A DNA stretch of 29,426 nucleotides, from the UHGV virus genome UHGV-0124752; one strand, 5' to 3'. Both the position numbers and the translations under genes were made by a program. The DNA is from a virus. Below are positions 8,761 to 17,559 of the stretch, piece by piece. The notes beneath the pieces are model-generated. The model saw nothing but the letters and a program-made list of their open reading frames with translations, made no database searches and had not been told where the DNA came from. Each line of letters opens with the position of its first letter. Position 1 is the stretch's first letter.

Positions 8761-9207
8761 TCACCCTGCCAGCCATTGCAGAATCATGTCGCGGGTCATT
8801 GCCTCAACATCATCATTTACACCCAGCAGGCGGCGCTCTGCGTAACGGACCTCCAGTCCTTTGCGACTGACGCGATCACGCAGGCCGTAATGGTGAACAC
8901 GGGCAATACGCTGCACCTTACCTTCAAACTGTACGCTGGCAGAGTCGGCGCTGGCGGCAGTTTTCAGGTATTTTGTGGTGCGCAGCTTTGCAAACATCTG
9001 ACGTTTGATGCGCCCCTTCTTGCTGCGTGCTGTTACCCTGCGCGGTTCATAACTACTGCCATCTGGATTGCGCTGCATCCTGATATTCTGCTGCTGTGTC
9101 CGGCGCAGTTCCTGCGCCAGCTGGCGCATCATGCGGCTTCTCGTGGCTGGTTCCAGATTCGCCAGCAAGGCACTCAGCCAGTCGTCCACCTTCTGCAGTT
9201 CAGCCAC
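8761..9207 (-). CDS. S: Tail completion protein S
   Basis: 148-aa ORF after R; P2 gene order and size. Confidence 0.75.
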   Translation of the reverse strand: MAELQKVDDWLSALLANLEPATRSRMMRQLAQELRRTQQQNIRMQRNPDGSSYEPRRVTARSKKGRIKRQMFAKLRTTKYLKTAASADSASVQFEGKVQRIARVHHYGLRDRVSRKGLEVRYAERRLLGVNDDVEAMTRDMILQWLAG

Positions 9208-9652
9208 GTTTCACCGTCCACATTTCTTCAGGTGCATCAGGTTCCGCTATACCTTCAACGCTCGACACACTGCCGTCAGTGCTGACCAGCACACGCTCCG
9301 TCAGTTGCAGGTTCAGGCTGATATCACAGACATCGTTGCGCAGAATATCCACCTCAAAGGTGAATAGCTTTTCCCGTAACGCCGGGTTATTGATGGCATC
9401 GGGCTGGTTATCCCTCAGCCACAGCAAAACCGGGGCCATCAGCAGATTCTGGTCGCCGCTGAAATCCTCAATCACCACGTTGAGGGTGTAACGGTACTCC
9501 CATGACATGGAGCTGGCCCCCGTGGCAACCAGCGAACCGTTATCCACAAACAGATGCAGTTTGTCCGGGTTATTGCGGACATAAGGCACCGCTTTATTGA
9601 GAGCGTGGCGCAGGGATTGTGGTTTGTTCACTGTTTCGCTCCTGACACGCAA
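9200..9652 (-). CDS. R: Tail completion protein R
   Basis: 150-aa ORF between the lysis genes and S. Confidence 0.75.
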   Translation of the reverse strand: MRVRSETVNKPQSLRHALNKAVPYVRNNPDKLHLFVDNGSLVATGASSMSWEYRYTLNVVIEDFSGDQNLLMAPVLLWLRDNQPDAINNPALREKLFTFEVDILRNDVCDISLNLQLTERVLVSTDGSVSSVEGIAEPDAPEEMWTVKRG

Positions 9653-9884
9653 TAATCATGTCCACTTTGTCTGCACAGACCGCCCAGGCGACCTCCGTTT
9701 CATCCAGCAACGCATTCAGATCACCGTTAGTGCGCGGCGCTGCCTGCTCCAGCCGACACGGCGTCACTCGCGGACAACCACTGACGGTAAGCTGCACCTC
9801 CGGTGAGTGCCGGACGTTCCCGCAGCCGGATAATGTCAGCAGGCAAAGGAGTATCAGCCCAGCGACGTAAATCCTCGTTCTCAC
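9594..9884 (-). CDS. lysC: Outer-membrane spanin lipoprotein (Rz1-like), nested in lysB and running into R
   Basis: 96 aa; signal peptide with lipobox LTLSGC; begins inside lysB in another frame and overlaps R, as P2 lysC does. Confidence 0.7.
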   Translation of the reverse strand: MRTRIYVAGLILLCLLTLSGCGNVRHSPEVQLTVSGCPRVTPCRLEQAAPRTNGDLNALLDETEVAWAVCADKVDMIIACQERNSEQTTIPAPRSQ

Positions 9885-10155
9885 GTTTCAGTTCCTCAAT
9901 CCGGCGTTGTCGTTGTCTCAGCAGTACACTGGTCTGTTCTGCTTCGGCATAGAGCCGCGCCTGCTCCCGGTTATTGGTTTCAGTCAGAATGGACAGGCTG
10001 ATAAGCTGGCTGTTGCTCTTTGCCAGTGCCTGGCTTTTGCTCTGTAGCTCGTCTGCCTGCGTGCTGATGGTCTGGCTGGCATCAGCCAGCCGCCACGTCT
10101 GCCAGCCCAGCGCCGCCAGTAATAACGCCAGCACAACCAGCAGCAACCGGTTCAT
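9727..10155 (-). CDS. lysB: Inner-membrane spanin (Rz-like)
   Basis: 142 aa; N-terminal transmembrane helix then a charged coiled-coil region; downstream of the endolysin and lysA. Confidence 0.75.
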   Translation of the reverse strand: MNRLLLVVLALLLAALGWQTWRLADASQTISTQADELQSKSQALAKSNSQLISLSILTETNNREQARLYAEAEQTSVLLRQRQRRIEELKRENEDLRRWADTPLPADIIRLRERPALTGGAAYRQWLSASDAVSAGAGSAAH

Positions 10156-10529
10156 GCTGCTACCTGTTGCGCCATCTGATTACGGGTGATCCAGAAAGCA
10201 ATAACGGTCAGCAGATAAAAGACCAGGGTAATAGCCCACCCCGTCCAGGCGAGACTGACGACAATCAGCAATCGCATCACCCAGCTGATAAATACGTTTT
10301 CTTTTCGGGTAATTGTCTTCAGCAAAGATGCCCTCAACTCCTGCCAGAGCGGGCCATTCTTAATTAACGCAGCCAGTGCTACCGGAATTACCGCCCATGT
10401 CAGCAAACAGGCTATCCAAACGCCGGACGCTGCCAGTACCGGAAAAATCCCCTGCGGATACACCATTGCTTCGATTAACAGCGCCATCCATAACATCAGA
10501 AACAGCCCGCTGATTAATTTCTTTTTCAT
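10152..10529 (-). CDS. lysA: Lysis-timing membrane protein LysA
   Basis: Start placed at MKKKLISGLFLMLWMALLIEA, directly after the K stop; several hydrophobic helices. ORF track gives 10152..10601. Confidence 0.6.
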   Translation of the reverse strand: MKKKLISGLFLMLWMALLIEAMVYPQGIFPVLAASGVWIACLLTWAVIPVALAALIKNGPLWQELRASLLKTITRKENVFISWVMRLLIVVSLAWTGWAITLVFYLLTVIAFWITRNQMAQQVAA

Positions 10530-10530
10530 T

Positions 10531-11043
10531 TCAGTTTGCTCCCTGTAAGCACCAGGCCATCTCCCGCGCACGGCGGTTATCCAGCCCCTGATTAAACACA
10601 CCTTTCACATAAACCCAGCGCGGCAACTGTCGGCACGCATCCGCCCAGCGCCGCTGATTGAGTAATTTCACCAGCGTGGAGCTGCAGGCATTACCTGTCC
10701 CCACGTTGAAGGCAAATGACACCACCGCGTCATACACTTTCTGCGGTGGCTGTTGCTTCACACACCTTTCCAGTGACCGCTCCACACGCAGCACGTTGGA
10801 GATAAGCCCTTCTGCTGCCTGTCGTTCCGTAATGGTTTTGCCGGGAATGACGCCCGACGTATTACCAATGCCGTCAGTCCATACACCCGCGCTGCACTGA
10901 TACGGCTGCAGACGACAGCCTTCGTAATCGGCAATCAGTTTCAGTCCCTCCACGGAGGTGTGAAGCTGCTGAAAACCCGGCAGCGTGGCAGCAATAGCCA
11001 GCACGGCCCCGACAAGACAGCGTTTAACGATTGATGGATTCAT
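10531..11043 (-). CDS. K: Endolysin (lysozyme) with N-terminal signal-anchor-release segment
   Basis: EGCRLQPYQCSAGVWTDGIGNTSG matches the catalytic E-D-T motif of P1 Lyz-type lysozymes; N-terminal hydrophobic stretch CLVGAVLAIAATLPG. Confidence 0.85.
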   Translation of the reverse strand: MNPSIVKRCLVGAVLAIAATLPGFQQLHTSVEGLKLIADYEGCRLQPYQCSAGVWTDGIGNTSGVIPGKTITERQAAEGLISNVLRVERSLERCVKQQPPQKVYDAVVSFAFNVGTGNACSSTLVKLLNQRRWADACRQLPRWVYVKGVFNQGLDNRRAREMAWCLQGAN

Positions 11044-11239
11044 AGTCCTCCCGCGAGATCTGCCCGTCGCGCAGAAGCTGGTAGGCTTTGTGTTTGTAGT
11101 ACCAGTTGATAGCCAGCATCAGCACACCAATCATCAGGCCGCCCAGCGTTGAGGCATCCTTGATGGACAAATCGCCCAGCCAGGCCAGCACAACGGCGAT
11201 GCAGTACGTGATAAAGGCGCTGATTCGCTCAAGCGTCAT
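11024..11239 (-). CDS. Y: Holin, two transmembrane helices (pinholin-like)
   Basis: 71 aa with two hydrophobic helices (ISAFITYCIAVVLAWLG and LGGLMIGVLMLAINWYY) and a charged C-tail; immediately upstream of the endolysin. Confidence 0.7.
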   Translation of the reverse strand: MTLERISAFITYCIAVVLAWLGDLSIKDASTLGGLMIGVLMLAINWYYKHKAYQLLRDGQISREDYESINR

Positions 11240-11242
11240 AAT

Positions 11243-11446
11243 TCAGTCCCATAGCTGGACGGTCTGCACGGTGGTGGTTGTCGGAATGTCCGGCAGCTCC
11301 ACCTGCAGTCCGTGAGGTAAAAAGGGGCCGTATTCGACAAGCCCCGGATTTGCCTTCAGTACCTGCTCCGTGACACCCTGCGTGCGCCCGTAATGACGCC
11401 AGCAAAGTGCATCCACCGTGTCATACTGATGCGCTCGCACTTTCAT
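11243..11446 (-). CDS. X: Tail protein X
   Basis: 67-aa ORF between L and the holin, as in P2. Confidence 0.7.
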   Translation of the reverse strand: MKVRAHQYDTVDALCWRHYGRTQGVTEQVLKANPGLVEYGPFLPHGLQVELPDIPTTTTVQTVQLWD

Positions 11447-11973
11447 CAGATAAGCTCCACTGTGCAGTGCGGCGCGTCCTGCACCCGGCTGATGGCCCAG
11501 CGGGCGTCACGCCACAAATCACCGCTGGCTTCCGCCAGTTCCTCGCCTCGCTTCACACCGGATGCCGTGGCGTCATAGTCCTGGTAACGTTCGTTGAGCA
11601 TGGCGCGTGCCCAGCAGTAAACCGCGTTGAAATAGTGCTGAACGCGCTCACTTTTCCCGTCCAGCTGTTCCGCCGGAACCTCTGCCAGCGAGGCATACCC
11701 CAGCATCTGCTGGCATCTGCGAAACTCATACAGCTCTGCGTTGACCTCCGAAATTGCCGACAGCGCAACCTGCTTTAAACGCGGCTGCGTCACCGTACCG
11801 TCAGTGCGCATCACACTGCGGAACTCCGACAGGTCCACATCAGGCCAGAACGGCGTATTCCTGATGATTTCCGCCTGTTCCGGTGCCTGTTCTGGCGCAA
11901 CAAACTTCATGCTGCTTTCTCCTGAAATAGAGGGCGGTGGACGGGGTTTTGATGTGGCAGTGCCTTTCGCCAC
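11446..11973 (-). CDS. L: Head completion protein L
   Basis: 175-aa ORF after M; P2 order. Confidence 0.75.
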   Translation of the reverse strand: MAKGTATSKPRPPPSISGESSMKFVAPEQAPEQAEIIRNTPFWPDVDLSEFRSVMRTDGTVTQPRLKQVALSAISEVNAELYEFRRCQQMLGYASLAEVPAEQLDGKSERVQHYFNAVYCWARAMLNERYQDYDATASGVKRGEELAEASGDLWRDARWAISRVQDAPHCTVELI

Positions 11974-12005
11974 CCCGTGCCGCCCGTGCGCGGGGGCACG
12001 TTCTG

Positions 12006-12656
12006 TCAGCGGCTGTCATTGCGCAGTCTGCGCTCCAGCTGCTGTTTGTCTTTTTTCACGCCACAGCGGGGATCGAGCTGTAACGCATGGTTGAGATGAT
12101 TAAGGGCGGAAGCCGGGTTGCTTTCACTCAGGACAGCGCCAATCGCTTTATGCAGACGCGCCCGTGACTGGTCCGGCATATCCAGACCATCTGTCAGCTC
12201 CAGCGTCTGCAGCAACAGATCGGCATCAAAGCCGGTGGCGGCAAGCATTGCGCTCTGCGCCGCGTCTGCCATTTCCTCTGCCAGCACGGTCTGCACATTG
12301 CGATTACCCAGTGGCATCACCCAGCCATGACGCAGGGCATGACGCCCGATCTCCAGCGCCCCGGCATAATCTCCGGCATCAATGCGCCACAGCATCACGT
12401 ACATCAGCACGTCATCCTGTTGAGCGCCTCCGGCAGCCAGGACACCCTCTGCCCAGACGACGTATTTCGGCAGCAGTTCCACCTTGATTTCCGCTTTTTT
12501 GACCGTGGACTGAACACCCTTGAGACGGCGGCGGTCTTCCGCCAGTTGCAGCAGCATCAGGTCATAGCCCGACGCGTGGCGAACACTGCCGCCCTCGCGG
12601 GCGGCCTGTTCAGCCTGAACGCGCAGGCGATGCTGCCGTGCGGGACTCAGGCTCAT
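12006..12656 (-). CDS. M: Terminase small (endonuclease) subunit
   Basis: 216-aa ORF after the capsid gene; P2 order. Confidence 0.75.
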   Translation of the reverse strand: MSLSPARQHRLRVQAEQAAREGGSVRHASGYDLMLLQLAEDRRRLKGVQSTVKKAEIKVELLPKYVVWAEGVLAAGGAQQDDVLMYVMLWRIDAGDYAGALEIGRHALRHGWVMPLGNRNVQTVLAEEMADAAQSAMLAATGFDADLLLQTLELTDGLDMPDQSRARLHKAIGAVLSESNPASALNHLNHALQLDPRCGVKKDKQQLERRLRNDSR

Positions 12657-12659
12657 GAA

Positions 12660-13718
12660 TTACGCTCCGGTTTCTGCTGCGGCGGCGCTGAAGTCGCCAA
12701 TCTGGATGTTTTCCACCAGTGCGGCGCAGCGGTAGTCCTCAACCACATAGGCTTCGTTAACGGATTCAAAGTTTTCAATCCGGTCACGTTTCGGGTTGTC
12801 GATAACTGAACGACGGCGAGTGTCTTCCTGCCAGTAGATGGACAGGTTATCCAGACGGGTGATCAGCAGCGCATTCGGCGGGAAGAACGGCGCACGCACT
12901 GCCTGCAGGCCACCCATGCGTTTTTGGCTGATGATCATATCTGCAGCCAGTTTTTCACTGTTCTCCTGCTCTTTGTTGACCAGCGGGAAATACTTGTCAG
13001 ACAACAGTTCACGACCGCAAATCACCACCAGATCGTCATCGTCCTGGTAGACCACGTCGATAAGCTCATTGACGGCATCCATCACCACGGCGTCCAGGTT
13101 GGCATATTCGCCACCTTTCCCGACTTTCACTGCGCCCGGTGTGGTTTCACCGCCCGTGGTGGTGCTGCCCATGACGTGATCCGGTGCATCCTCACGGATT
13201 TTCTGCAGCCAGCCTTTATTTACATCCTGCAGCAGCGGGTTTTCGCTACGGTTGGAGGTTTTCGCACGCTTCACGCCGTTAAAACCGATCATGATGCGGT
13301 CCAGTGCCTGACGTTTCACGATGGCATCACGGATGCGCACCTGGAAATCCTGAAACTTCGCCCACAGGTCCAGCTTCGCGTAGGTCAGTACCGTGTCAAA
13401 GTTGGTCTGCTCGCATTTATATTCCACATCGACCATCAGCGTCGGATCGACAGGCTCACGCTCTTTTGCGGTGGTATCAGTAGTTCCGGCAATGGTGCTG
13501 CCAACACCCAGCCCCAGCAACTGACCAGACTGCTCAGTCACTGGCGTGACGTTAATCAGCGTCAGGAATGCGGCGGATTGCTGGATCTGGTCTTCCAGCG
13601 TCTGCTGCACGGACGGCTCCACAGTGAACTTGCTGGACAGTTCTTCAACTGCCACACCGTTCAGACGCGCCAGCTGCTGCAGGTAAGCGTTAAAAGCAAA
13701 GCGGGTATTCTTCTTCAT
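12660..13718 (-). CDS. N: Major capsid protein
   Basis: 352-aa ORF after the scaffold gene; size matches P2 gpN. Confidence 0.85.
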   Translation of the reverse strand: MKKNTRFAFNAYLQQLARLNGVAVEELSSKFTVEPSVQQTLEDQIQQSAAFLTLINVTPVTEQSGQLLGLGVGSTIAGTTDTTAKEREPVDPTLMVDVEYKCEQTNFDTVLTYAKLDLWAKFQDFQVRIRDAIVKRQALDRIMIGFNGVKRAKTSNRSENPLLQDVNKGWLQKIREDAPDHVMGSTTTGGETTPGAVKVGKGGEYANLDAVVMDAVNELIDVVYQDDDDLVVICGRELLSDKYFPLVNKEQENSEKLAADMIISQKRMGGLQAVRAPFFPPNALLITRLDNLSIYWQEDTRRRSVIDNPKRDRIENFESVNEAYVVEDYRCAALVENIQIGDFSAAAAETGA

Positions 13719-13734
13719 CAGGTTTTGTGCTCCA

Positions 13735-14568
13735 TCAGCAATTTGTCAGAGTGTCAGCGGGGGCATTACCGCCTGTTGCACGCTGGCGGTAGTCCTGGCG
13801 GCTGTCTTCATGGCTCAGCTTGTCCACCAGTTCATTAAAGGTGGTCAGCTGTGCCTGCAGGGCTGTCTCCAGCTCAGACAGGCGTTCTTCCTGTTCAGAC
13901 AGGGATTTTTCGGTGCGCGCACTCAGGTTTTGCTGCTCAGTGGCGACCAGCTCCACGGCCTTATGCACATCAGAGAACCGGGCATCATCGGACTGCTCTT
14001 TTTTGGTGAACAGCGCCGTGACACGGGCAAACAGGGATGGTTTTTCGTCCTGGACTTCTTCCAGTTCGATCACCGTTTCCTCTGCAGCGGTAAAGAGATT
14101 GGCGGGGTTCTGCTTGCGGTTTGCCAGCGGGTTATGGGCTGCACTGGCGCTGAATGTCAGCATTTCAGTGCCCAGACTGGCAGGGTCATCAGTGGCAGCC
14201 AGGCCAACCAGGTAGGCTTTGCCCGTATCAGCAAACTTCGGGCTGACTTCCATAGAGGTGAATAATTTCTGGCCTTTTTTCACCAGCTCCACCAGGGACT
14301 CTGTTGGCTCAACGTCGGCATACAGCGCCATCTTGCCTGCCAGCGGACCTTCCGTGATTTCTTCAGCAAACAGCGCCGTCACCTTGCCGTAGCGGTTAAA
14401 GGTGCTGTCCGGCAGATAAGACTTGATGTGCTCAAGGTTAATCAGCGCGGTATACACCGCCGGGTTGTAGCTGGCTGCCATCTGTTCCAGCCATTCACGC
14501 TGGATTTCGCGTCCGTCGGTGGTGGCACCTTCCACCCCGATGCGAAAACGCTTTGCTTTCACTGTCAT
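13735..14568 (-). CDS. O: Capsid scaffolding protein
   Basis: 277-aa ORF, first gene of the minus-strand head operon, divergent from P. Confidence 0.8.
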   Translation of the reverse strand: MTVKAKRFRIGVEGATTDGREIQREWLEQMAASYNPAVYTALINLEHIKSYLPDSTFNRYGKVTALFAEEITEGPLAGKMALYADVEPTESLVELVKKGQKLFTSMEVSPKFADTGKAYLVGLAATDDPASLGTEMLTFSASAAHNPLANRKQNPANLFTAAEETVIELEEVQDEKPSLFARVTALFTKKEQSDDARFSDVHKAVELVATEQQNLSARTEKSLSEQEERLSELETALQAQLTTFNELVDKLSHEDSRQDYRQRATGGNAPADTLTNC

Positions 14569-14646
14569 GAGCCGTGCTCCGTTAGAAAAAACTTACTGGA
14601 GCCTTATGGTTGCGGTGATGGGGGCAGTGAAACAATGCGCGGTATT

Positions 14647-14664
14647 TGTACCGACAACCACACA
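14647..14664. promoter_or_regulatory. Late-promoter activator box TGT-N12-ACA in the O/P divergent region
   Basis: Exact tgt accgacaaccac aca; spacing fits the O promoter best (about 85 bp upstream of the O ATG). Confidence 0.45.
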
Positions 14665-14710
14665 AACCGCAGGCGGGGAAAGCCTTCATTCAAGGCTGTA
14701 GGTTTGTGCC

Positions 14711-16477
14711 ATGAACACCACACTGACACCCGCAGATCTCGATCCCCGTCGGCAGGCCATGCTGCTGTACTTTCAGGGATACCGCGTAGCCCGCATTGCT
14801 GAAATGCTGGGCGAGAAAGTTGCAACCGTTCACAGCTGGAAAAAACGCGACAAGTGGGGTGACTATGGGCCGCTGGATCAGATGCAGCTCACCACCGCCG
14901 CACGTTACTGCCAGCTCATTATGAAGGAGCACAAAGAAGGGAAAGATTTCAAAGAAATTGATCTGCTGGCGCGCCAGTCGGAGCGCCACGCGCGGATCGG
15001 CAAGTTTAACAATGGCGGCAACGAAGCCGATTTAAACCCTAACGTCGCCAACCGCAACAAAGGCCCGCGCCGTCAGCCTGAAAAGAATGTTTTCACCGAT
15101 GAACAGATTGAGAAGCTGGAAGAAATCTTCCATTCCTCCATGTTCAACTACCAGCGTCACTGGTGGGAAGCCGGAAAAACCAACCGCATCCGCAACCTGC
15201 TGAAGTCACGCCAGATCGGCGCGACCTTCTATTTTGCCCGTGAAGCCCTGATTGACGCCCTGCTAACCGGACGTAACCAGATTTTCCTTTCTGCCAGTAA
15301 GGCACAGGCGCACGTCTTTAAGCAGTACATCATCGACTTCGCCAAAGAAGTGGAAGTGGAGCTGAAAGGCGATCCGATGGTGCTTCCCAACGGGGCCACA
15401 CTGTATTTCCTCGGCACCAATGCCCGCACTGCCCAGAGTTACCACGGCAACCTGTATCTGGATGAATATTTCTGGATACCGAAATTCCAGGAGCTGCGCA
15501 AAGTGGCTTCCGGTATGGCTATTCACAAAAAATGGCGACAAACCTATTTTTCCACGCCATCCAGCCTGACCCACAGTGCTTATCCGTTCTGGTCCGGTGC
15601 GCTGTTCAACCGTGGACGCAACAAAGCCGACAAGGTGGACATCGACCTGTCCCACAGCAATCTGGCCCCCGGCCTGCTGTGCGCAGACGGGCAATACCGC
15701 CAGATAGTCACCGTAGAAGATGCGGTGCGCGGCGGCTGTAACCTGTTCGACCTTGACCAGTTGCGCATGGAATACAGCCCGGACGAATACCAGAACCTGC
15801 TGATGTGTGAGTTCGTGGACGATCTCGCGTCCGTGTTCCCGCTCAGCGAGCTGCAGGCGTGCATGGTGGACAGCTGGGAAGTCTGGACCGACTTTCATGC
15901 ACTGGCCCTGCGCCCGTTTGGCTGGCGCGAAGTGTGGATCGGTTATGACCCGGCAAAAGGTACGCAGAACGGCGACAGCGCCGGATGCGTGGTGGTGGCA
16001 CCGCCAGCCGTGCCGGGCGGTAAGTTCCGCATTCTTGAGCGTCACCAGTGGCGCGGAATGGACTTCCGCGCCCAGGCTGACGCCATCAAAAAACTGACCG
16101 AACAGTATAACGTGACCTATATCGGCATCGACTCGACCGGCGTCGGTCACGGGGTTTACGAGAACGTGAAAGCGTTTTTTCCTGCCGTCCGGGAGTTTGT
16201 CTACAACCCCAACGTTAAAAACGCCCTGGTACTCAAGGCCTACGACATTATCAGTCACCGCCGCCTGGAATTTGACGCCGGACACACCGACATTGCGCAG
16301 TCATTCATGGCAATCCGTCGCGCCACCACCGCCAGCGGCAACCGCCCGACCTATGAAGCCAGCCGCAGCGAAGAAGCCAGCCATGCCGATCTGGCCTGGG
16401 CAACAATGCACGCACTGTTTAACGAACCGCTGCAGGGCGAGTCCGCCAATGCCAGCAATATTGTGGAGATTTTTTGA
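14711..16477 (+). CDS. P: Terminase large (ATPase) subunit
   Basis: 588-aa ORF divergent from O and followed by the portal gene with a 4-bp overlap. Confidence 0.9.
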   Translation: MNTTLTPADLDPRRQAMLLYFQGYRVARIAEMLGEKVATVHSWKKRDKWGDYGPLDQMQLTTAARYCQLIMKEHKEGKDFKEIDLLARQSERHARIGKFNNGGNEADLNPNVANRNKGPRRQPEKNVFTDEQIEKLEEIFHSSMFNYQRHWWEAGKTNRIRNLLKSRQIGATFYFAREALIDALLTGRNQIFLSASKAQAHVFKQYIIDFAKEVEVELKGDPMVLPNGATLYFLGTNARTAQSYHGNLYLDEYFWIPKFQELRKVASGMAIHKKWRQTYFSTPSSLTHSAYPFWSGALFNRGRNKADKVDIDLSHSNLAPGLLCADGQYRQIVTVEDAVRGGCNLFDLDQLRMEYSPDEYQNLLMCEFVDDLASVFPLSELQACMVDSWEVWTDFHALALRPFGWREVWIGYDPAKGTQNGDSAGCVVVAPPAVPGGKFRILERHQWRGMDFRAQADAIKKLTEQYNVTYIGIDSTGVGHGVYENVKAFFPAVREFVYNPNVKNALVLKAYDIISHRRLEFDAGHTDIAQSFMAIRRATTASGNRPTYEASRSEEASHADLAWATMHALFNEPLQGESANASNIVEIF

Positions 16478-17508
16478 TGGGAAAGAGTAAGAAGAACCGC
16501 GCTGCGTCGACGAACCAGAACCAGCATAAAAGCCAGACTTCAGCCGAAGCATTCAGCTTCGGTGATCCCGTTCCTGTTCTGGACCGCCGCGAACTGCTGG
16601 ACTATGTGGAATGCGTACAGATGGATCGCTGGTATGAGCCGCCCGTCAGCTTTGACGGACTGGCACGAACCTTCCGCGCCGCCGTGCATCACAGCTCACC
16701 GATTGCGGTGAAATGCAACATTTTGACCAGCACCTACATCCCTCACCCGCTGCTCAGCCAGCAGGCTTTTTCGCGTTTTGTGCAGGACTATCTGGTTTTT
16801 GGTAACGCCTACCTGGAGAAACGCACGAACCGCTTCGGTGAAGTTATCGCCCTTGAGCCTGCGCTGGCAAAATACACCCGACGCGGGTTAGACCTGGATA
16901 CCTACTGGTTTGTGCAATACGGTATGACAACCCAGCCATATCAGTTCACGAAAGGCAGCATTTTTCATCTGATGGAACCGGACATTAACCAGGAGATCTA
17001 CGGCTTGCCCGGCTATCTTTCTGCCATTCCGTCCGCCCTGCTCAATGAGTCCGCCACGCTGTTCCGTCGAAAGTATTACATTAACGGCAGTCATGCTGGC
17101 TTCATCATGTATATGACCGACGCCGCGCAGAACCAGGAAGATGTGAACAACCTCCGCAACGCGATGAAAAGCGCCAAAGGTCCAGGCAACTTCCGCAACC
17201 TGTTTATGTACTCGCCTAACGGCAAAAAGGACGGGCTTCAGATCATCCCGCTGTCAGAAGTCGCAGCGAAGGATGAATTTCTGAACATCAAGAACGTGAG
17301 CCGGGACGACATGATGGCTGCACACCGTGTGCCGCCGCAAATGATGGGGATTATGCCGAGCAATGTAGGTGGGTTTGGAGATGTGGAGAAGGCCAGTCTG
17401 GTATTTGTACGTAATGAATTAATTTATCTACAAGGGCGATTAAAAGAAGTTAATTCTTGGGTGGGCGAAAAAATTATTTCATTCACCCAATACACTTTAG
17501 ATAATTAA
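16474..17508 (+). CDS. Q: Portal protein
   Basis: 344-aa ORF; the last ~36 codons are visibly AT-rich compared with the rest. Confidence 0.85.
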   Translation: MMGKSKKNRAASTNQNQHKSQTSAEAFSFGDPVPVLDRRELLDYVECVQMDRWYEPPVSFDGLARTFRAAVHHSSPIAVKCNILTSTYIPHPLLSQQAFSRFVQDYLVFGNAYLEKRTNRFGEVIALEPALAKYTRRGLDLDTYWFVQYGMTTQPYQFTKGSIFHLMEPDINQEIYGLPGYLSAIPSALLNESATLFRRKYYINGSHAGFIMYMTDAAQNQEDVNNLRNAMKSAKGPGNFRNLFMYSPNGKKDGLQIIPLSEVAAKDEFLNIKNVSRDDMMAAHRVPPQMMGIMPSNVGGFGDVEKASLVFVRNELIYLQGRLKEVNSWVGEKIISFTQYTLDN

Positions 17509-17559
17509 ATAACAATAAACCCGGTAAACCTTAAACATTGAAAAAGTGTTTGAGGTTAT

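Noticed and set aside
10530-10601. N-terminal extension of the lysA ORF-track entry
   Set aside because: Overlaps the 3' end of the endolysin gene; the Met directly after the K stop is the more plausible start.
12924-13838. 304-aa plus-strand ORF
   Set aside because: Lies wholly antisense to the capsid and scaffold genes; shadow ORF with no RBS or gene context.
14632-14649. ACA-N12-TGT motif next to the late-promoter box
   Set aside because: Polarity is the reverse of the TGT-N12-ACA activator consensus; probably coincidental overlap with the real box.
15263-16285. 340-aa minus-strand ORF
   Set aside because: Antisense inside terminase gene P; shadow ORF of a GC-rich gene.
17509-17559. Possible bidirectional terminator between Q and the cargo operon
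   Set aside because: Only a weak 5-bp stem (aaaca/tgttt) with a large loop; not convincing.
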